64,000 nt of DNA from Eledone cirrhosa (Eukaryota). The translations under genes were made by a program, and so were the position numbers. The notes beneath the pieces were generated by a model, which searched no databases, was not told the origin of the DNA, and saw only the letters and a list, made by a program, of their open reading frames with translations. Below, piece by piece: positions 54,729 through 64,000 of this stretch. The stretch is from contig OZ024741.1 in NCBI GenBank assembly GCA_964016885.1, positions 248,434,001-248,498,000 on the forward strand, read 5' to 3'. Within the stretch, counting starts at the first letter, position 1. Each line of letters opens with the position of its first letter.

Positions 54729-54990
54729 TTATTATTCCTTACATTAAACTACAATTACACTCTTTATTCCTTACATTAAACTGAAACTATGTTGACACTC
54801 TTTAACTAACGTCTTCCTTGTGAATTTTGTGGTCTTGTTTTGCTTAACTAATGAATATTTCTAGCTGCCTCCCACTGCATATTGCACATCGAGCACATGC
54901 CTTTACGCTTTTGGCTTCTAACACCTTCACCAATCTCTCTTCTCCTCTCCTATCTCCATCTTTCTCTTTAAGATTGGTTTACTCTCGAAC

Positions 54991-55032
<42 letters not shown>

Positions 55033-55167
55033 TATACATATATATATATATGTATACATATATTATGTATACATACATATATATGTATACATATATATGT
55101 ATATATATATATGTGTGTGTATGTCTGTGTGTATGCGCGCGCATATATATATATATATATATATATG

Positions 55168-55233
<66 letters not shown>

Positions 55234-55279
55234 GAATTAAGATTTTTGATGTTTTATTTAAATATCTATTAGACATACA

Positions 55280-56236
<957 letters not shown>

Positions 56237-56294
56237 CGTGTGTGTGGGGGCGAATTGATATATGGGGTTAGGGTATCGTATAATGATTTCGGTG

Positions 56295-56385
56295 TTATTG
56301 AAATGGGTTTAAATCTTGCCGAGGTCAACTTTGCCTTTTATCCATTCTTGTCAATAAATAGAGTACTAGTCCAGTACTAGGGTTG
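56295..56385 (+). mobile_element. Diverged SINE fragment
   Basis: GGGTTTAAATCTTGCCGAGGTCAACTTTGCCTTT...AGTACTAG. Confidence 0.55.
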
Positions 56386-56389
56386 TTGT

Positions 56390-56512
56390 TTCTTCTTCTT
56401 CTTCTTCTTCTTCTTCTTCTTCTTCTTCTTCTTCTTCTTCTTCTTCTTCTTCTTCTTCTTCTTCTTCTTCTTCTTCTTCTTCTTCTTCTTCTTCTTCTTC
56501 TTCTTCTTCTTC
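56390..56512. repeat. (CTT)n microsatellite, ~40 units
   Basis: Direct sequence. Confidence 0.97.
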
Positions 56513-56733
56513 AACCGTTCTAAATCTTTTATTCAAGTTTTAAATTTGATAAAAGTTTAGAAGTGACCCACCTAATACAAGAGTTCACTCGTAAATAATA
56601 CGGCACCCCTTTACGGGGTGTCGTATTCGTATTTGTGTAAAAATATTTTTTGAAAAAAAAAAATTTCAACATGGTTAACACAAGAAAGAGATAGAGCACT
56701 GTCAGACAACACAGAGAGGGAGACTTTATCAGC

Positions 56734-58570
56734 ATGTCAATAAGACAACGTTCCAGCGGAGGTAAATATAAACGAAAATATTACAAAGGAAAAGAAGATT
56801 GTTACAGATTTAAAATTAACAAATATTTCTAACACAAACAACACCAACAATAACACCAACAACAACACCAACACCAACACCAACAACAACACCATCAATA
56901 ACAACAGTAACAACAAAAATAACAGCGGTAAGGTCGAGAACGACAACAACAATGACAATAACAACAGCCACAACAACAATAATAGTAGGAACAGTATCAA
57001 CAAAAACAACAATAATAACAACAGCCACAATAACAGTAACAACAGCCACAATAACAGTAACAACAGCAACAACGAAAACAACGACAACAACACCAACAAC
57101 TGTACCAACGAAAACATCAACAATGACATCGATACATGTACCAGCGATCTCAGCACCACCAGTAAGACCAGTAGCGGCAGCAATAGTGGTGCTGCTGAAA
57201 AAGGGACCACTTCTTTTGCAGGTGTCGCCCGAAATATCGAGACAGTGTTAGTCACAGAGGCGAAGATGGCAGTCGCAAGGGTCATGGTGACAAGAAGCGC
57301 CAATTTTTTCAAGGACCAGCAGCTACAGACGGTAACTTACCGCACCGTAAGCAAAATCTCACATCGGGGGGAGAGAGCCACGGAGGCTCAAATCCAAAAG
57401 GCCTTGGGGTGCGTCTGGGCACGCAAAACCCACATCACCCGAGGCAGAAAGTACGCCACAGTAGACGTACTTTTCGCCACCCCCCAGGAAGAAAAGTGTC
57501 ACTCTTTGGAAACCCTAAAGAGTGAGGAGATAGTCTTGGTGCCCTCCTACTGCGGGCAGAAAATTGTGAGGGTCAAAGTGACCCAGGTCCCACCCGACGT
57601 GCCCATACCTTGGCTGGCCGCGTATGTCCTTGCTGGAATCGAGGACAGGACGACCATGCTGCAAGTAGAGAAAATAGGGAGAGAGAACTGGTCAGGTATA
57701 GGCATGCAAATGCTTATACAAACTGACCAGGAATGTATCGACGCTATCCCCGATATCATAGACATCGAGGAAGGACTCCAACTCCCTATAAGCGTAGAAG
57801 GAAGACAGCCAAAATGTTATCTCTATGAGTCGAAGGTTCACCTCAGGACCTTTTGCCCGCAGAAGACAGCGAAGAAGAAGACCCCTCTCCTTTCAATACC
57901 TAGTCCGCTGCTACCAAGAGCAGGGCAGGCAACAAACGCAGAAGCCCCTTCCACGGTGAGTAGGAGGGCAACGTCCGTGGCACCCGTACCAAGGCCACGG
58001 ACAACTAAAGCAGCAGCATCAGTGGCGGCAACACCAATAGCTTCATTTGAAGTAGCTACACCAGCAACAAAATTGCCGAAGAGGGCTCCACTACTACCAC
58101 CATCAGCCGTGGAGCACATACCCCTCCCAGACGCTACGGAATCCGACATGGAGTTTGAGGCGGGAGTGAAGTGGCAAACGGTCTGCCACAAAAAAAAAAA
58201 ACGAAAAAATCCCTTAGATTCACCCTCCAAAAGCGAAGGCACACAAAGAGGGGTAAAGGCAGCAAGGAAACTTGCAGCAACACAACCACCATCACCATCA
58301 CCACCACAAGCACCATTGATAACAACAACCACACCACCACCAGCATCACCCAAAACACCAACAACGCAAACAAAACAATACACACACACCAAACAGCAAC
58401 AAGAAGAAAACAGGAACAAAATCACCCCTCCCCCAAAAAAGTACACAGCCATAAACATGGCAAAAAAAGAACTCATACAATATATAAAACAGCACACAGA
58501 CATCACAGATAAAAAACTACTACACCCCACCAACACCAAGAACTCTCCCGACAAATATAAGCATCATTGA
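56734..58570 (+). pseudogene. Tx1-like ORF1 (Asn-rich N-terminus, degenerate zinc knuckle)
   Basis: Frame open from 56744 to 58570; ATG at 56734 is one base out of frame. VEGRQPKCYLYESKVHLRTFCP is CX2CX4HX4C with the second C changed to Y; WQTVCHKKKKRK basic motif. Confidence 0.65.
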
Positions 58571-58771
58571 AATCTCAATAGAACAGTACAAACCTTTAAA
58601 ACAAAAATTCTCCAACGCAGTTGGAGACTTCAGAGGGTCAGTTACCAAGAGGATATACACTGACATCCTCTTGGAAACACCCATGACCAGCGAAATGGAC
58701 GGTTCTACTGTCCCTTTACCACACGATCAAGGTAAGTGACCCTTTATCACTTGCCCCGTTTCTCATTCAAC

Positions 58772-60848
58772 ATGGCCGTACTCAGAATAGGCAGTATAAA
58801 TGCACGTGGCCTGGGGGTCATCTTGGAAGCAGGGTCACGTGCTAAACGACCTCAGGTCACTAAACATAGATGTGGTGGCCATCAGTGAGACCAGAATCTC
58901 CGAAGCACAAGCCTTCGCACCGATCTTCGGCGGCTACGATGTATACGCATCTCCCAGCCTTCCAGGGTCCGAGGGAGGGGTTGCCGTGCTTTTTCGGAGA
59001 TGCTTGGAACTCGCCATACGAGTCATCTTCCTAGACCCAGAAGGTAAGTCGGTGGTGTTGGACGTGACCGGCAGCGAAGGCAATGCTTTCAGGCTAGTAG
59101 CCGTCTACGCCTCAACAGGGGGAGGACGGCCAGATTTCTTCAGACGTTTAGAGACCTTTCTTGGAACGTCCCGCTCTTTAGTGTTAGTGGGCGACTGGAA
59201 CGGTATCTTGGATGCACGCTGGGATTGTGTGGGGCTAGTGGATAGGGGAGGAGGGTGCAAGATCCTCACCAACCTACTCAGACGTCTTGAACTGTCTGAC
59301 AGGTATCGACTGGATCACCCGAATGTGCCAATGTGGACATGGACAAACCGCATCGGGTCATCCACATCGTATCTCGATAGGGTATTCTGCAGAGAACTAG
59401 ATAATTTAAAATAGTCGACTACACGAACCACAAATTTGTGATCTGTGAGATCGACATAGACAGACTTCATAGACAAGGGCCCAGTTACAGGAAGCTGAAC
59501 GCGTCTTTCCCGGCGCTCAAAGCCTACAGAGACCGGATTAGCGTATTAGTTAAGCGTACGTTGACGGGAGCGGTCGTAAACAACAGGTGGTGGTTTACCC
59601 TGAAAAGGGCAATTAAAGTAGAGTCGATTAGGTTTAGCAAAGGACTAGTGATAGAGGAAAATAGAGAAGAGGGAGAGCTAGTCAGAAAGCTTGAAGAGGC
59701 GTTTAGGACAGGCATCGCAACCGACGTGCTTGCGGTGAGATTGGCACTCGACCAATTGTTCAACGCAAAACACGAAGACTGCGTTGTCAGAGCTAGAGCG
59801 CGTGCTCTGAAACACGAGGGAACAAAAGCCGTCCAATGGGCCCGGGTGGCAGAGGCGCGATGTGGCAACAAAGCCACAATTCGGTCTTTGTCTGACCAAA
59901 ACGGGTGCGTGTTGCTCGAACCCGAGCAGATATGTGAAGTTTTTCAGCAGCACTTTGCTCAACTGTTCGGGAGCAGCGGCAGCCCGGATCGGGGCATGGA
60001 CTTCAGTGCATACCTCAACGGACTGCCTCGGCTCTCGACGTCCGCAGCACAGTGTTGCGAAAAGCGAATAACAGCCGGTGAAATACGGCAAGCGATGGCT
60101 AACTGCACAAGGGGTAAATCGCCAGGTTTGGATGGTCTGCCCTACGAGCTTTATGCATTTATGCCAGACTTGTTCGGTGACCTCTTGGCAGACGTCTACT
60201 GCAACTGGCAGCAGAACGGGAGCATTCCCAGTTTTGTGAGCCGGGGAGCAGTGGCACTGCTGAGAAAAGACCCGAACAAGGGGGATGTTATCGATAATTT
60301 CAGGCCCATAACCCTGCTAAACGCAGAGTTCAAGATTTTGGCCAAGGTGTTAGAAACGAGGTTGGCGCTTGTCGTCAAGGGTCTGGTGGGAAAGGTGCAG
60401 ACATCCGCCATTCCGGACAGATCCATACACGACAACCTCCACCTCATGCGATACATCATAGAGAGGATGGTTAAGGAACCTGGCACGGGTGGGGCCCTGA
60501 TCAACTTGGATCAATCCAAAGCATTTGATAGGGTCGACCATCGGTACCTGGCGGCGGTCCTCGAGGCAGCCGGTTTCGAGCCCGTTTTCAGGGGTTGGAT
60601 CGCTGCGATGTACATCGACATCTGCTCAGTTGTGAGGGTGAACGGTCACCTGTCGCAGCCGTTCAGCATCATGCGCCAGGGTTGTTCCCTCTCGTCCCTC
60701 TTGTACGTATTGGCACTCGAGCCGTTACTGCACAAACTGGGGGCGATGAGAGGCGTCCTACGCGAACTAGGATGCGGGAAATCCGAGTCGGCTTATGCCG
60801 ACGACGTCACCGTGGTGGTGTCTAACACCAGACACGTCCAGATGCTCG
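58772..60848 (+). pseudogene. Tx1-like ORF2: APE endonuclease and reverse transcriptase, with a frameshift and a stop
   Basis: MAVLRIGSINARGL, VAISET, GGVAVL, VGDWN, YLDRVF; KSPGLDGLPYELY, NFRPITLLN, DQSKAFDRVDH, RQGCSLS, YADDVT. Confidence 0.88.
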
Positions 60849-61048
60849 NNNNNNNNNNNNNNNNNNNNNNNNNNNNNNNNNNNNNNNNNNNNNNNNNNNN
60901 NNNNNNNNNNNNNNNNNNNNNNNNNNNNNNNNNNNNNNNNNNNNNNNNNNNNNNNNNNNNNNNNNNNNNNNNNNNNNNNNNNNNNNNNNNNNNNNNNNNN
61001 NNNNNNNNNNNNNNNNNNNNNNNNNNNNNNNNNNNNNNNNNNNNNNNN
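60849..61048. other. Assembly gap (200 N)
   Basis: Run of N. Confidence 1.
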
Positions 61049-64000
61049 AGATAATATTTAAAAAAATCAGGCGGAGATAATTTGTAAAAAAAATCAGGCG
61101 GAAATAATTTGTAAAAAAAAATCAGGGGGAGATAATTTGTAAAAAAAAATCAGGGGGAGATAATTTGTAAAAAAAATCAAGGGGAGATAATTTCCAGCCG
61201 TCCAAGGGGAGATAATTTTCAGCCGTCCAAGGAGAGGTAAATTCTAGCCGTCCAAGGAGATATAATTTCCAGCCGTCCAAGGGGAGATAATTTCCAGCCG
61301 TCCAAGGGGAGATAATTTTTAAAAAAAAATCAGGCGGAGATAATTTGTAAACAAAAATCAGGGGGAGATAATTTTAAAAAAAAAATCAGGGGGAGATAAT
61401 TTGTAAAAAAAAATCAGGGGGAGATAATTTGTAAAAAAAAATCAGGGGGAGATAATTTGTAAAAATAATCAAGGGGAGATAATTTCCAGCCGTCCAAGGG
61501 GAGGTAATATCTAGCCATCCAAGGGGAGATAATTTCCAGCCGTCCAAGGGGAGATAATTTCCAGCCGTCCAAGGGGAGATAATATCCAGCCGTCCAAGGA
61601 GACATATTTTCCAGCCGTCCAAGGAGAGGTAATTTCTAGCCGTCCAAGGGGAGATAAGTTCCAGCCTCCAAGGGGAGATAATTTCCAGCCAGCCAAGGGG
61701 AGATAATTTGTAAAAAAATCAGGGGGGAGATAATTTGTAAAAAAAATCAGGGGGAGATAATTTGAAAAAAAAATCAGGGGGAGATAATTTGTAAAAAATA
61801 TCAAGGGGAGATAATTTCCAGCCCTCCAAGGGGCTATAATTTCCAGCCGTGCAAGGGGAGATAATTTCCAGCCGTCCAAGGGGAGATAATTTCCATCCTT
61901 CCAAGAGGAGATAATTTCCAGCCGTCCAAGGGGAGATAATTTCCCGCCAGCCAAGGGAAGATAATTTTTTAAAAAATCAGGCGGAGATTGTAAAAAAAAT
62001 CAGGGGGAGATAATTTGTAAAAAAATCAGGGGGAGATAATTTGTAAAAAAAAAATCAGGGGGAGATAATTTGTAAAAAAAAATCAGGGGGAGATAATTTG
62101 TAAAAAAAATCAGGGGGAGATAATTTGTAAAAAAAATCAGGGGTAGATAATTTGTAAAAAAAATCAGGGGGAGATAATTTGTAAAAAAAATCAGGGGGAG
62201 ATAATTTGTAAAAAAAATCAGGGGTAGATAATTTTCAGCCGTCCAAGGGGAGATAATTTCCATCCTTCCAAGGGGAGATAATTTCCAGCCGTCCAAGGGG
62301 AGATAATTTCCCGCCAGCCAAGGAGAGATAACATTTAAAAAAATCAGGCGGAGATAATTTGTAAAAAAATCAGGGGGAGATAATTTGTAAAAAAAATCAG
62401 GGGTAGATAATTTTCAGCCGTCCAAGGGGAGATAATTTCCATCCTTCCAAGGGGAGATAATTTCCAGCCGTCCAAGGGGAGATAATTTCCCGCCAGCCAA
62501 GGAGAGATAACATTTAAAAAAATCAGGGGGAGATAATTTGTAAAAAAAAATCAGGGGGAGATAATTCGTAAAAAAAATCAGGGGGAGATAATTTGTAAAA
62601 AAAAATCAGGGGTAGATAATTTGTAAAAAAAAATCAGGGGGAGATAATTTGTAAAAAAAAAATCAGGGGGAGATAATTTGTAAAAAAATCAAGGGGAGAT
62701 AATTTCCAGCCGTCCAAGGGGAGATAATTTTCAGCCGTCCAAGGAGAGGTAATTTCTAGCCGTCCAAGGGGAGATAATTTCCCGCCAGCCAAGGAGAGAT
62801 AACATTTAAAAAAATCAGGCGGAGATAATTTGTAAAAAAAATCAGGGGGAGATAATTTGTAAAAAAATCAGGGGGAGATAATTTGTAAAAAAAATCAGGG
62901 GTAGATAATTTCCAGCCGTCCAAGGGGAGATAATTTCCATCCTTCCAAGGGGAGATAATTTCCAGCCGTCCAAGGGGAGATAATTTCCCGCCAGCCAAGG
63001 AGAGATAATATTTAAAAAAATCAGGCGGAGATAATTTGTAAAAAAAATCAGGCGGAAATAATTTGTAAAAAAAAATCAGGGGGAGATAATTTGTAAAAAA
63101 AAATCAGGGGGAGATAATTTGTAAAAAAAAATCAGGGGGAGATAATTTGTAAAAAAAATCAAGGGGAGATAATTTCCAGCCGTCCAAGGGGAGATAATTT
63201 TCAGCCGTCCAAGGAGAGGTAAATTCTAGCCGTCCAAGGAGATATAATTTCCAGCCGTCCAAGGGGAGATAATTTCCAGCCGTCCAAGGGGAGATAATTT
63301 TTAAAAAAAAATCAGGCGGAGATAATTTGTAAACAAAAATCAGGGGGAGATAATTTTTAAAAAAAAATCAGGGGGAGATAATTTGTAAAAAAAAATCAGG
63401 GGGAGATAATTTGTAAAAAAAAATCAGGGGGAGATAATTTGTAAAAATAATCAAGGGGAGATAATTTCCAGCCGTCCAAGGGGAGGTAATATCTAGCCAT
63501 CCAAGGGGAGATAATTTCCAGCCGTCCAAGGGGAGATAATTTCCAGCCGTCCAAGGGGAGATAATATCCAGCCGTCCAAGGAGACATATTTTCCAGCCGT
63601 CCAAGGAGAGGTAATTTCTAGCCGTCCAAGGGGAGATAAGTTCCAGCCTCCAAGGGGAGATAATTTCCAGCCAGCCAAGGGGAGATAATTTGTAAAAAAA
63701 TCAGGGGGGAGATAATTTGTAAAAAAAATCAGGGGGAGATAATTTGAAAAAAAAATCAGGGGGAGATAATTTGTAAAAAATATCAAGGGGAGATAATTTC
63801 CAGCCCTCCAAGGGGCTATAATTTCCAGCCGTGCAAGGGGAGATAATTTCCAGCCGTCCAAGGGGAGATAATTTCCATCCTTCCAAGAGGAGATAATTTC
63901 CAGCCGTCCAAGGGGAGATAATTTCCCGCCAGCCAAGGGAAGATAATTTTTTAAAAAATCAGGCGGAGATTGTAAAAAAAATCAGGGGGAGATAATTTGT
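61049..64000. repeat. Satellite DNA of two related monomers (~25 bp and ~26-28 bp) with a ~1.95-1.98-kb higher-order repeat
   Basis: GGGGAGATAATTTCCAGCCGTCCAA and TCAGGGGGAGATAATTTGT(A)7-9. Identical ORFs at 61386/63368, 61511/63493 and 61719/63701. Confidence 0.95.

Larger units (their letters stand above)
56513..60848 (+). mobile_element. L1/Tx1-clade LINE (ORF1 and APE-RT ORF2), slightly decayed, cut by an assembly gap
   Basis: GC-richer element starting right after (CTT)n; gag-like ORF1 and ORF2 motifs as listed in the next two features. Confidence 0.85.

Noticed and set aside
56737-57312. Leu/Val-rich membrane-protein-like ORF on the minus strand
   Set aside because: Antisense reading of the (AAC)n tract.
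61049-64000. CRISPR-like appearance of short repeats with a constant core
   Set aside because: The intervening parts are two recurring sequences, not unique spacers. There are no cas genes and the context is eukaryotic. The ORFs here are satellite artefacts.

Overview
Eukaryotic, AT-rich, microsatellite-saturated repeat DNA with no recognisable host gene. The repeat content resembles an octopus/cephalopod genome (inference). The main feature is an R4/Dong-like non-LTR retrotransposon (RT + CCHC + PD-(D/E)xK restriction-like endonuclease) that sits only in (CATA)n microsatellite. There is one intact 1169-aa full-length copy (35.3-39.5 kb) and a head-to-tail array of five truncated copies (19.3-33.9 kb), bracketed by a ~610-bp RTE-derived non-autonomous element that also lives in (TATG/CATA)n. 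About eight type I hammerhead-ribozyme motifs lie in non-coding, (TA)n-flanked Penelope-like/retrozyme-like elements, including a direct-repeat pair 525 nt apart and a head-to-head palindromic pair. Also present: a decayed Helitron, a Buster/Charlie hAT element with TIRs and an 8-bp TSD nested in a Penelope GIY-YIG remnant, a Neptune-like Penelope remnant, a mariner remnant, tRNA-type SINEs, and a Tx1-like LINE starting in (CTT)n. The window ends with a 200-N gap and a two-monomer satellite with a ~2-kb higher-order repeat. Most short ORFs in the track are microsatellite artefacts. All calls come from reading the sequence by eye; no searches were run.
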